Source: Amoebidium appalachense
Lineage: Eukaryota > Protista > Ichthyosporea
Direction: 5' to 3'
DNA length: 64,000 bases
NCBI GenBank assembly: GCA_963693365.1
Contig: CAVNZM010000003.1
Location: forward strand, 13,920,914 to 13,984,913
Of this stretch, positions 1-13,469 are shown piece after piece (the stretch's first letter is position 1; each line of letters begins with the position of its first letter). Under the pieces are notes generated by a model. It was not told the DNA's origin. It saw nothing but the letters and a program-made list of their open reading frames with translations, and did no database searches. Made by a program: the position numbers and the translations under genes.

Positions 1-36
<36 letters not shown>

Positions 37-100
37 GTGTGTGTTGGGGGAACTTCTGGGGGGGAGGGGGGGGGGGGGGGGGGGGGGGGCATGTGTGTGT

Positions 101-440
101 GTTCTGCAAAAAGCAGATTTATTCTGCTGAGAATTATTCTGCAAAACTAGAATAATTCTCCTAAAAGGAGAATTATTGTGCTAGGAGCAGAACTATCTTG
201 CTATCGAAAGCAGAATCATTCTCTGCTTTTTGCGGAATAATTCTGCTAAAAGCAGAATAATTTTACTCAAAGCAGAGTGATTCTGCTTTTGCAGAATGAT
301 TCTGCTAAAAGCAGAATAATTCTGCAAAAAGTAGAGTGATTCTGCTTTTGCAGAATAATTCCGCCTTTCCCGATAATTCCGCTTTTGCAAGATCATTCTA
401 CTTTTCCAAGTTAGCTCGGGGCCAATGTGGTTGGGCCCTA
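101..440. repeat. Array of palindromic GCAGAATAATTCTGC units
   Basis: Roughly 20-bp periodic degenerate units ending in tggttgggccc; related array at 19421-19875. Confidence 0.8.
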
Positions 441-498
441 AGAGAAAAAAAAAAAAAGAGAGAGAGAAAAAGAAGGGGGAAAGGGGGGGGGGGGGGGG

Positions 499-712
<214 letters not shown>

Positions 713-719
713 CTCGGAC

Positions 720-945
720 CGAGGGAAGACCCGAAGAAGAATGATGAGCAGCCCGTAGTGTCCGTGTCCCAAACGGTGTCGCTGACAGCACAACGGTTGT
801 TTGTGTGCATGTACACGTGCATGTACCCACACGATGGTGGGACAGCTATTAGCGATACTTAGACTAACCTAAAGTGACCATTAGAGTTTTTCCTAAAGGT
901 TTTTTTTTTTTTTTTTTTTTTTTGGTTGGGTTGGGTTGGGGGGCG

Positions 946-1010
<65 letters not shown>

Positions 1011-1851
1011 AATGGTGGTAGGGTGGTGGTGGTTGCAGCGCGGGATCCGGGAGGGGAGTGGAAGGGGGCTCTTTAAGTGCCGGGGGGGAAGAGGGGGGGG
1101 GGGGGGGAGGGGGGAGAATACAAGGCCGAGTGTTTAGATGGGGGAGGTAGGGGGGGGGAGGGGGGAGGGGGGGGGGGGGGGGGAGGGGGAGGGGGCAGGG
1201 GCTGGGAAGCTTAATTAAGGACGGGTCGGGCAGAAATCGAAATTGTGATCACTGTCTGACTGTGTCTGCACTTTGCTGCGTGACGTCAACATTATGACGT
1301 CAGCCTTCTGCCCTGTAATATGGGCCCGGGTGCAGCAATCCTTTTTTCAAATTTGCGCAGTTGCCATAAAGAGATTATCATAGAGAAACACCGAAGCAGG
1401 TAGTTAAGCAAAACAGTTAAGCACACAAATAAGGACAAGTAGACGTGCTTGTTAATTGCATTTAAATTGTGGGCCACTTTGTAAGTATTGTACGTGTGAT
1501 ATTTTGAGCCTATAGACTCAAATCTAATCGGTACTGGGACGTAGGCGGCGTGGTGTAAAATGACCACTGATATCCTCGGATTAGCTTTTGCCTGTATCCG
1601 ATTTACAGAGTTTTTTCCTTTTTCAAAAAAATTGTTTCTGTGCCATGTACGGAGATTATACAGAGAAATATTTTGCCTACTTCATCAGTTTTAAGGCCTA
1701 GGATAAAATCTACTGTTGGCACCCCGCCAGACTGCTGGAATCAATCTGAGTAGTAGTGACGTCACGGCCAGTTCAATACCAAATATGGTAATGATGGTTT
1801 TGACGCCTCCCTGCAACCTGAGTTCTCCCGAGATCTCTGTAAATGAATTAT

Positions 1852-1900
<49 letters not shown>

Positions 1901-2052
1901 CTCGAAGGGGGGAGGGGGGGAAGGGGGAGGGGAAGGGGGGAGGGGGGAGGGGGCGCGGGGATGAATTTGAATTCAACAAGTTAAAACAGTTAACTGTGTG
2001 TGTGTACACGTCACGTGTGTGTGCCACGTGTGTGTGTGTGTGTGTGTAACAC

Positions 2053-2091
<39 letters not shown>

Positions 2092-2326
2092 CCGTGGAGG
2101 GGGGGGAGGGGGGAAGGAGGGGGGGGGGGGGGGGGGGGGGGGATGGGGTAGTCACGGGTGACGTACGTAGGAAGGGGGTTCTCGGTACGAGGGTGGCCCT
2201 TCGGATACAGGGGCCCGTGATTTCGGGGGACAAAAAAAAAAAAAAAAAAAAAAAAAATATCACCCCCCCCCCCCTTTTTTTTTTTTTTTTCCGGGTGGTG
2301 GTGGTGGCCCAGTGGTGGTGGTGGTG

Positions 2327-2357
<31 letters not shown>

Positions 2358-2368
2358 AAAGGGGGGAA

Positions 2369-2399
<31 letters not shown>

Positions 2400-3078
2400 G
2401 GCAGATTTTGGCAGCCAGCATGATCAACATATTCAATTTGGTGTAAAATTATGCCCGGTGGGAGCCTCGTGGCTGATGGGGGGGAGAGAAGAAGAGGTAC
2501 TGCATGGTGGTGGTGGTGGGCTGGTTGAGGTGCGGTGATGGGTGGGGCGGGGGTGAGGTTAGAATGTGTTGAGTACATACATACGGAGTTGCACGGTCAT
2601 AACAGAAAGCAGAGCCCACACTCAGGCCTAGCTAGGGAGGGCCCAATCATTTACAGTACCCAAGTTTCGACCCATTCATCTCGTCAACAAAGACCAACTC
2701 ACATTCTGCTTCACTTGGCGGTTTGTGTGTATGTATGTGTGTGTTTGTGTGTGTGTGGCGGTGGTGGGTGGGTGGCGGGGGGAGGGGGGGTGAAAGGATT
2801 TGAAACTTGCTTTTCTGCTCAGGTAAAAGAAAACAAACATGAGCCATGGAAGAGAAACGGGTGTGTGTGTTATGCATACCAGTGCTTGTATTGAATTTCA
2901 ACACAGTTAACCCTGTTTATTAGGTATCTCACGCGATATTTACCGAAAAATAAAAACCGATTTTCTCGCTCGGTACAAACTTAGTCACTATCAACCGGCA
3001 GCGTGACTAGGTAAACGTTAGCAAGGGTTTACACGTTCCCTAGTAAAATCGAAACACAAATCTCAGTGCATTATTCTC

Positions 3079-3113
<35 letters not shown>

Positions 3114-3382
3114 CCCCGCTGTGTGTGTCTCGTTTGGGTTCTTTCACAAACCGTTTTGGTTTCAATTGACAGGAGATATATCGAACAAAAAAAAGGGAAG
3201 CATGGACGGGACCCCCCCCCCTCTCTCTCTCACTCAAAAACACACACCCCACCCCCCCGTGCCCGCAGAACAATTACGCTATCGGCATGATGGGTTGTGT
3301 TTTGACCCTGTCTCACATGCAAAACACATCCAGTCAAAACACAAAACTTTTCCGCCTGAAAATATTATTCACCTGTGGCCAT
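720..3382 (-). CDS. Possible additional multi-exon gene of unknown function running off the left edge
   Basis: Short unique islands between microsatellites with plausible splice sites: ATG GCC ACA G|GTGAAT at 3382-3373; about 2472-2400 (TRLPPGIILHQIEYVDHAGC); about 1836-1785 (ISGELRLQGGVKTIITIF); about 845-720 (VPPSCGYMHVYMHTNNRC). No domain recognised. Confidence 0.3.
2558..2720 (-). mobile_element. Degenerate copy of the same repeat family
   Basis: Retains agcagagccca, ctcagg, gggccc, cagtaccc, gtttcgacc and ccaactca in order. Similar degenerate copies lie at about 22880-23250, 40655-40810, 41640-41830, 43940-44025, 53040-53210 and 53618-53845. Confidence 0.65.
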
Positions 3383-3470
3383 GAAGCAAAAACCTCAGAG
3401 GATCCAAGGCACCGGTAGGCTATAGTAACTGGTAAGTAGATTACTAACATGCAGACACTTAGTTATAGAC

Positions 3471-3506
<36 letters not shown>

Positions 3507-3675
3507 TTCCCTCTGCCTCTCCCATGGTTAAAAAAAAAAGAAAAAAAAAGAAAAAAAAATCGTGGACTTGGAACCACACGCAAAGGCCGTGGCGAATGAC
3601 AAGACGACATGCAAAAGTAGAAGGGCGGGGAAGTTATGAAAAAAAAGACCCACCCACAGACCCACACACACACAG

Positions 3676-3737
<62 letters not shown>

Positions 3738-3740
<3 letters not shown>

Positions 3741-4439
3741 CTTATCCACCTCCATCACCTCCCCCTCCCCCTCCTTCTCCCCCGCCCCATTCTCCGTCAC
3801 ACTCCCCCCATTTTCCCTGCCCTCCGTCGATTTCTGCGGAGCCTGACTCAGCGGCATGTACGCAATCGACAACACCGCACTATCCGTTTGCAAAACATGA
3901 AGACACCTCCCCTCATGCACGTTCCAAAGACGCGCCGTCTTATCCCACGACCCGCTCGCGATAATCCCCTTTGCTTCGTCCACAGCGCTCAAAGTCCAAA
4001 TCCCGTCCGTGTGCCCGCGCAAAACCTGCGTGCACAGCCCCTTTCCATAGTCCCAAACACGCACCGTTTTGTCCTTGGAACCGCTAGCAATAAGGTTCAG
4101 GGCGGGGTTTACGGGGATCACCGCCCAGACTTCGTGTTCGTGTCCCAAGAGAGCGCACACGAGGCGCCCTTCTCGAACGTTCCAGACACGGACGGTGCGA
4201 TCGTTGCTACCACTTGCAATGATACCGCGGTCGGGGTCGACTTGGGTAACGGCCCACACCTGAAAGAAAGGAAGAAACGAAGTGGGAGGGGTGGGGGTGG
4301 GGTGGGGGGGAGGAGGGGAGTGTACGTGTGTGTGTACATATGTGTGTGGGGGGGGTATGTGTGTGTGTACGAGTGTATGTGTGAGTGAGTAGGTGTACAA
4401 TTTGTGTGTAGGTGTGTGTGTTCCAATCCCATGAGAGAA

Positions 4440-4508
<69 letters not shown>

Positions 4509-4856
4509 CGAGAGAGGGAGAGAGAGAGAGAGAGTGTGTGTGTGTGTGTGAGTGAGTGCATGCGTGTTTGTATTTGCGTGTGCGCGCACACACATTTGCA
4601 TGTGCGTTCACACACACATGATTCCATATGGAGAGAGAGGAAGGGGGGGGGGGGGGGGGGGGGGGGGGAGGGGGGGAGGGAGACAATACATGCTTTTGTG
4701 CGAATAGAGAAGTAAATCATGCTATGTGCGAACAGCACCACATAACAAACCATCCCAGGAAAATGATGCGAAAACCTAAGGAGACAAACAACACACCAAC
4801 TTGGAGGGGCCACACATGGGACATATGTCCAAGCACGTAACCCCCACAAGGGGAGA

Positions 4857-4895
<39 letters not shown>

Positions 4896-5175
4896 GAATG
4901 CGGAACACGGTACGAAGTACGCACACACGATGAGAAGCATGGTGCAGGACACATGCAAAGGCAAACATTCAAGTATGCAAGGGAGTTAATACATACACAC
5001 ACATGCTCACACACACGTTCAGCCTACCCCCCCCCCCCCCCCCCCCCTTCCTGCGCACACCCACACACACGTACACACCTCATCCTCGTGTCCAGCAAAC
5101 ACCAAAACGCTCCTCCCAGGAACCGCCTCCCACACCCTCACAGTCTTACCACCTTTGACACACTTCACACAATAG

Positions 5176-5207
<32 letters not shown>

Positions 5208-5546
5208 CACACACACACAGAGGGAGAGAGAGAGGGGGAGAGAGGAAGAGAGACACGCACACACAGACACACAGAGAGAGAGACGCACACATCCCCCTTC
5301 CCCTCACCGCACATCCACCCACCAACAAACACAGACACGCACACACGCACACACACACACACATCCCATCCAGCCCCCCCTCCCCCCCCCCCTTCGGAGA
5401 AAGAAAACACACACACTTACACACACACCGACACACCTCATCCTCGTGTCCAGCAAACACAAACACGCTCCTCCCGGGCACCGCTCCCCACACCCTCACA
5501 GTCTTATCCTTTGACATACTTCACACAAGTACACAAGAACATCCAA

Positions 5547-5618
<72 letters not shown>

Positions 5619-5995
5619 GCACGCACACACATCCATCCAACCCCCCCCCCCCCCCCCCAAACAAACGACAAAAAAAATAAAAATTATAAATAAACAAACA
5701 AGCAAACGAAAAAAACCACAAACCTCATCCTCGTGTCCAGCAAACACAAACACGCTCCTCCCAGGAACCGCCTCCCACACCCTCACAGTCTTATCCTTCG
5801 AAGCGCTCGCCAACCACAGCTTCGACGCGTCAGCAACACAAACGCTCGTAATTTCCGCCAAATGCCCACGGAGAGTGGTGCGAAGACGCCCCTTGGAAGC
5901 GTCCCACACGCGCACCGTTTTGTCCTCCGACCCGCTCACGACGAGTTTTTTGTTTTCGCTGAGAGTGCACATGTCCCAGATACCATCATCGTGAC

Positions 5996-6060
<65 letters not shown>

Positions 6061-6858
6061 GAATGCGTCAAAAAGTACGAAGTACACAAGAACAAACGGA
6101 TAACACGATGCAGAATGCAAGCCATACATAAAGAGTATGCATAATAAGCAGAGCCCATCCTCAGGGGGGGCCCACGTCATCCACAGTACCCGAGTTTCGA
6201 CCTATTCCCCTCGTTAACGAAACCCAACTCAGATACTGTTTCACTTGAACATGGGTAGGTCACCCGTCTTGATCAGAGACGAGCAGGGTTGCTTATGCAG
6301 GCAAGGGCAGTGGGAAAGGCCGGGGGTTAAAGTTGCAGCAGTAAGCAGAAGCAAGAAAAATATAGATAGGAACTCAGGAGACGGGGCTTCTAGGAAGCTC
6401 CCCCGTCGATACCTAAGTCGATACTTCCCTGGCTAACATACTACACCAGCTGAAAAGAATTAAGTCCCGAAGGCCACAGAATTCGTAATCAGAGGGGAAA
6501 ATATGAGATTTGACCCACGCCGCAGGGTAGTAACACGCTTACTAGGGCGGAACTTTATCGTCTTCGAACGGAAAGCTATGCCCCCGGATGTCAGCCGGAA
6601 ATATGGTATCACCCATTGCTTTGGGCTTGAAAAAAGCCAAACCGATAGTCCGAGTTATGTTACGCCGGCGGGTAACATGCCGCATGGGTTCCAAGGGAGC
6701 TGTCGCCAACAGAGCGGTGTGTGCATGCGTGCGCGTAACGCAATGTGTGAAGTGTGTCTATAGCTATGAAAGGGGGTATGCAGAAGTGGACAGATGAAGT
6801 GTGTGGAGAGAAAAACAGTAAGAAGAAAAGTAGACACCGGTATGTGCAACCCCGCACA

Positions 6859-6895
<37 letters not shown>

Positions 6896-6956
6896 AATAA
6901 GCGAAGATTACAGGTAATCAACCAGAACAACAAATGACAAGCAAAACAACAGGCGC

Positions 6957-6998
<42 letters not shown>

Positions 6999-7003
6999 AG
7001 GAA

Positions 7004-7100
<97 letters not shown>

Positions 7101-8382
7101 GAGAGAGAAGGGGGGGGGGGGGGGGGGGGGGGGGGGGAGGGGAGGGGGAGGGGGGAGGGGGGTCTTAGGGATGCTGCAGAATCGTCAGATATTAGACAAA
7201 TCGTACCAATACGATCATTCTCTCATATATGTGAGAAGATTGTGACTAACGATGTGCAGATCTGGTTAAGACCTGTTGAGTGTGCAGAGAAAATGGGAGG
7301 GGAAGGAGGAGGGAAAGGGGGGAGGGGGGGGGGGAAGTAAGAGAGGGGAGGGAATGTTAGAGTGTCAGTAGTCTCAGGGGACCCTGCAGAGTCGTTAGAT
7401 GTCAGACAAAAACGCACCAACGACCAAGTTCTCCGAGGGGAGAAATGCGTAAAACGTTCTGCAGAGTGGGTTAGAGACCTGCTGATGAGAAGAGTGTATA
7501 CAGGGTTTGGCCAGGGGGGGGGGGGGGGGGGGAAGGGGGGAAAAAGAAGGTAGGAGGGGAAGGGGGGGGGGGGGGGGGGGGAGGAGAAGGGGGGGGGGGG
7601 GGAGGAGGAAGAAAGGGGGGAGGGAGAGGGGGGGGGGGGGGGGGGGGGGAGGTTTGAATGCGGAACACGGTACGAAGTACGCATACACGAAGGACACATG
7701 CAAAGGCAAACATTCAAGTATGCAACATCAGCCATGTGCACAATGGAGGGAGGGGGGGGGGGGGGGGGGGGGGAGGAGGGGAAAGAGGTGGTGTGTGTGT
7801 GTGTGTGTGTGCGTGTGTGTGGGAGGGGGGAGGGGGGGGGGGGGGGGGGGGGAGGATTTGTATGTGTTTGTGTGATTTGTGTATGTGCATGTGTGTTATG
7901 AATGTGTGGGTGTGCAAACAATGTCAATATCTACAAACACATCATTATGTTATTCTTAAGGTCTGTATCGGCATTTTTCGTGCGGCGTGGATAGGACGCC
8001 CAAATTACGTCGTATAAGCATCAGCACAAACGATAATAAGTTTCCCGGAGCACTATGATTAGTTTTTCCTATACACGGCCATGAATTTCTTCAGGCATGT
8101 AAAGTGTAGGTAGAGCAAGAAATGAAGGGAACCCATGTACAACAATATGAATCTGGAAAACTTAGAAAATGCCTGATGTTAAAAACTCAGCACATGCAGG
8201 AACCTTTGTGGAATGACCAAAGAAACTTCAATATGTGCGCAGGCCAGGCCACCTCAACCGGTGCACATGATATCTCCCCCCCCCCCCCCCCCCGGGGGGG
8301 GGGGGGGGGGGGGGGGGAGTATATTTGTACTTTTTGGATCGTTTTACATGTCCACACACCCTCGACCTGTACAAACACTTCA

Positions 8383-8425
<43 letters not shown>

Positions 8426-9355
8426 ACAAATAATTTTAACCGCTGTAACTGCCCAATGGCAACCCACCTATAGTAGCATGTGCACATACTCCCCCCCCCC
8501 CCCTCCCCCCCCCCCGCACCAAAAAACACGTTACACTGGTCACACACCTACACATTCACATACTCCCCCCCCCCCCCCACACACACACATTTTTTAATTT
8601 TAGTAGTTTTAACAACCCAATGGGCACGCACCTTTAGCACGTGCACACACTTCATGGTGTTGAGGTTCCACACCCTCACGGTCTTGTCCACCGACCCGCT
8701 GGCCACGAGCATCTGCTCGGCATCGACAAGGGTGACACTGTCTACCTCTGCATCGTGCCCGTGGAGGGTCTGTGCGGGTACGCGTACGTGTGTGTGTGTG
8801 TGTGTGTTTGCGTGTGTGTAAGTGCAAGTGTTAGTGTAAGCATAACTGTATGTGTGCGCGTGCGCGTGTACGTATGTGCATGCATACATATGCCGTGCAG
8901 GTGTTTGCGTGTAAGTAACGAGCACATGCGCATGCGTGTGTACGGGCGTACGTGTGTGCGACCATGTGTGTGCTTGATGTAAGTGTGCATGTGTGTCCAT
9001 GGGGTTGTGCCGGTGTTTATACATGAATATAGTACGTGCGCGCGCGTGTCCATGACGGATGTGTGTACGTGTGCACGTGCGGGTGTGTGTGTGTGTGTGC
9101 ACGTGCGGGTGTGTGTGTGTGTGTGTGTGCACGTGCGGGTGTGTGTGTGCGCACGTTCCTTTAAGTGTACATGTGATGGGGTTCACTGTGGTTAGTATGG
9201 GTGGAACAGTAAAAAGCACCAAGATTTACGACAGAAGAGCGCTGCAGATTATAAACATTATGAGCATCAACTTCAACATTATAGGCATACCGAGTATGCA
9301 AAAATAGGCGCCTCCTTTACTTTCTCTCTCTCTCTCTCTTTTTTTTTTTTTTTTT

Positions 9356-9399
<44 letters not shown>

Positions 9400-10033
9400 A
9401 TAAGTAATATATTCCTCCGACTGCACCAAAAAAAGGAGAGATCATGTGTGCCAGGCTATAAGCCACTGCACCACTCTGCTCTCCTTTGCAGCCCCCCCCC
9501 CCCCCCCAAAAAAAAAAGAGGGGGGGGGGGGGGGGGGGGGGATTGAAGAAACAACCACCCACCCACCCTTCTACAACCAACCACTCATCACTCACTCACC
9601 CACTCACTCACTCACCACACATAAACAAACAGACGAGCACCCACCCATCTGCCCACCCACACACGTACACAGCCACACCATTCCACCCCCCCCCTGCCCA
9701 CATCCCCTCCCCCCCCCCCCCCCCCCCCCCCCTCTTCCCGCCCAAAACAAACCAACAAACAAACCAACAAACCAAACCAAACCAAACCAAACCAAAACAA
9801 AAAAAAAAAAAAAAAACCACAACAACAGAACTCCATACCTGCAGGCACTTCCCATTGACCACATCCCACACCCTAATGACATGGTCGTTTGATCCACATG
9901 CCACTATTCCCTTTGCCGGGTCCACAATGCAAACACTTTCGACACCAAACGGCTTGTTGTCTGCTCCTACCGCTCCGCTGGGCTGAGGTGCACGACCCTG
10001 GAAAGAAGGGGAAGAAAAAAAGAAGAAAAAAAA

Positions 10034-10068
<35 letters not shown>

Positions 10069-10512
10069 TCAGAGAACGTGGAGAAAATGAAAGCAGAGGA
10101 TGCTTACCGACTAATGTGTATCTTCAATGAGAAAACAAACTTTGTTTTTTGTAATTTTCGAAGCTTCGCACCGATCAGAACCCTTTCAAACCTATATGTA
10201 AATGAAAGCTAATTTTATTGTCTATCGAACGGTACCATTTGTTTGTTAGCGACGCGTTTATAAAAAAAGTTTTCTTGGGATCAATGTGTTTTCTAAGACA
10301 TTTCGATTAAAGAAACGTTTTTACCAAATAACGATTAATTTCAGTCCTTGAAATTGACCAATTATCAAATCGATTTTATCCCAGATCAATCTATAAAATT
10401 ATATTTTCCGCTAACCATTGGATTCTAAAGTTAGGTTAATCGATGCCGATTGAACTTTAATTTCGTTCGCCTTCTCATTGAAGATACATATTAGGTGCAC
10501 TGACCAGAAGGT

Positions 10513-10601
<89 letters not shown>

Positions 10602-10866
10602 TGCCATACCCCCAAACTCATCCCCCCCCCCCCCCCCCCCCCCCCCCCGCCCCAACCCCACCCACCACCCACCCGTCCTCTCCCCTCCAACCACCCATAT
10701 CCCCCCCCCCCCTTCAATACCCTCATACATACCACCCCACCCTCAACCTCATTCACCCAATACACACACACACCACCCGCCCACCCCACATCCCACCGCT
10801 ACCCCCCACCACTCATACCTCCATCCTCAAACCCCTCTCACCTAGACACGCGCGCACAAAGAAATG

Positions 10867-10902
<36 letters not shown>

Positions 10903-11809
10903 CGGAAACACACCCACAGGCAAAACCAACACCCCACCTGCAGCTGCAGCCTGCTTACGCCCGAGGTAGCATCCCACACCGTCACCAGCCCATTCTCATG
11001 GCCGCACAGCAGCAAACCCTTTGGCCTGCTATTGGTCACCTTGCCCAGGGAGCCAATCCCGTGAAGCATTTCCGGCATGGATGGGAACTCTGCTTTAACA
11101 GCCCATTGCTGAGTGCCGAACGTGCGCGCTTCCTTTAAGGTGGAGATGTCGAGCTTCCCTAGGTCGTCGCTGCCCTCCTGTTATGACCATATTAGTATAT
11201 GTAAATATGACCATATTAGGCAATGGTAAGTGTTGCGTGTCTTTAAACTCGCAAGGACCTTGACTCATTTGCTGCGAGTTACGCATGGTGCCTTTAACTG
11301 GTATGATGTTGAATCCGTATACGTAGCTAGGCTTCCGTGTTGGGGTTTTAATTGGTGGGAGTCTGAATCATGCAGGTTTACTTGGTGCTTTATCCTACCC
11401 TGCCCGCATCCGCCCCCCCCCCCCCCCCCCCCCCCCCCCCCCACCCCCCCCCCCTCACTCCCGTCTACATCAAACACCACCACCACCCCTACCCAAGTGT
11501 TCGTCCTTGCCCGGTTGTTTAAAAACCAAAACTACTGCACCACTTACAGCAAGCCAATAAAACTAAAGTCACACATGGGGTTTGTCCCTTATGCGGTGCA
11601 CATTGTTCATTAGGACATGTAAATTTTAATCTGCCAATCACAGCACACAGATGATTAAAGTCACACCTGCAGTTTATCCCTTATGCGGTGCACGTTGGTC
11701 AGTAGGTCTTCCTTCTCCCTTGCCACCTGCTCCAACAGTTGGGCTCGGCGCTGCTCCAGAAGGCGGCGCATATCATTCACCATGTCTTCAACCTGTGTGT
11801 GTGTGTGTT

Positions 11810-11858
<49 letters not shown>

Positions 11859-12725
11859 ACGTGTGTGTGTCAGGAGGAGGGGAGGAGGAGGGGGGGGGGG
11901 GGGGAGGAGGGGGGGGAATAGGTGTATGGTGTCCGTGTGTACGTGGACGTGTGAGGGTGTAAGCATGGACAGTCTGTAATGGGGAAGGAAATTGGATATG
12001 TGGGTAGGCTGAGCTGGAGGGGCCCCTGCTCCCTTTCCACCGCCTCTAACAGTTGGTCTATCTCCTTTATATACAAAATCTCATGTTGCTTGTGCTGACG
12101 AAACCTAAGACTTTTGATCACTAAACTTAAAAGTTTTAGCACACCAATCACGCACCTGCTCGCTTGCACTGATATCACTCTCCTCCCCCACCCTCTTGCA
12201 CTCATCCACCGCCTCCAACAACTGATATATCTCCTCCCCTAATGCAATCTCATGTTGTTTTGCGCTCACAATTCTTTAAACCTTAAATTCTTAAACTTTT
12301 AATTGTTAATTTTTAAGATATTAAAACACCAATCACACACTTGCTTGCTTGCATTGATAGAGCTCTCATCCCGCCCTCTTGCACTTATCCACGGCTTCCA
12401 ACAACTAATCAATCTCCCTCCTAAAACACAATCTCATGCTGTCTACACAAATGTTAAAATAATATTGTTAAAATTTAGATTTTAATGCACCAATCACACA
12501 CCTGCTTGCTTGCACTGACCGCGCTCTCCTCCCCCGCCCTCTTGCACTTATCCACCGCCTCCAAGAGTTGATCTATCTCCTCCCCAAAAGCAATCTCATG
12601 CTGTTTGTGCTCACGTGCCACACACTTGCTGCACACCGCAACCTGACAATCTTCGCAAAGGAACTCGAGTTCGCTCCCCGGGTGCGCCGTGCAGATCTTG
12701 TTCTTGCCTGTGTACGTGTGTGTAC

Positions 12726-12776
<51 letters not shown>

Positions 12777-13388
12777 GGGATAGAAGGAAAAGAGTGGAAA
12801 CGGGTATGAGGTGGGTGGAGAATGGTCGAAATGGAAGGGGAACGGTGGAAAGGGTTGGAAAATAGTGTTGTGAACCTGATCCTTGCATAGGTGTGTGTGC
12901 ATGTGGAGGTTTATAGTTAGATTGATGAGCAACGTAAACTGATGCCTGCGAGCAGGTCACATAGACTGCACACACGCACACACACACATACATGCACACA
13001 CGTGCCATTCCCCCCCCCCCCCCTTCCCCCCAACCCAGGACGCACACAGGTGCACGCTGTCTCCTTTCATCCCGTTCCTTACCGCCCCTGCCTGCACATA
13101 CCCCACGCACAACCTTCCCCCCCCCCCCCTCCTTTCCACCCACCCACCCACACACAAACCCCCCCCCCCCCCCCCCCCCCCCCCCACCCACCCACAAATC
13201 CAGCTCCCAAACACCCGCACCCACAACCACCTCCCCAAAACACACAAACACCAAGCCACCCCCATCCTCCCACCCCACACACACACTCACCCGCACGTGA
13301 CCAAGGGGATGGGTCAGGAACCAAAAACTGGGGCTCTGATGCCAAAGAAGCCATAAAGGTTGGATCGTTCAGCACACACAGACAGATA

Positions 13389-13469
<81 letters not shown>

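Noticed and set aside
2908-3032. piggyBac-like MITE (ttaaCCCT...AGGGttta)
   Set aside because: The inverted repeat match is too weak and the right flank is not TTAA.
6245-6797. Short ORFs inside the subfamily B repeat
   Set aside because: No RT, endonuclease or transposase motifs; they recur only because the repeat does.
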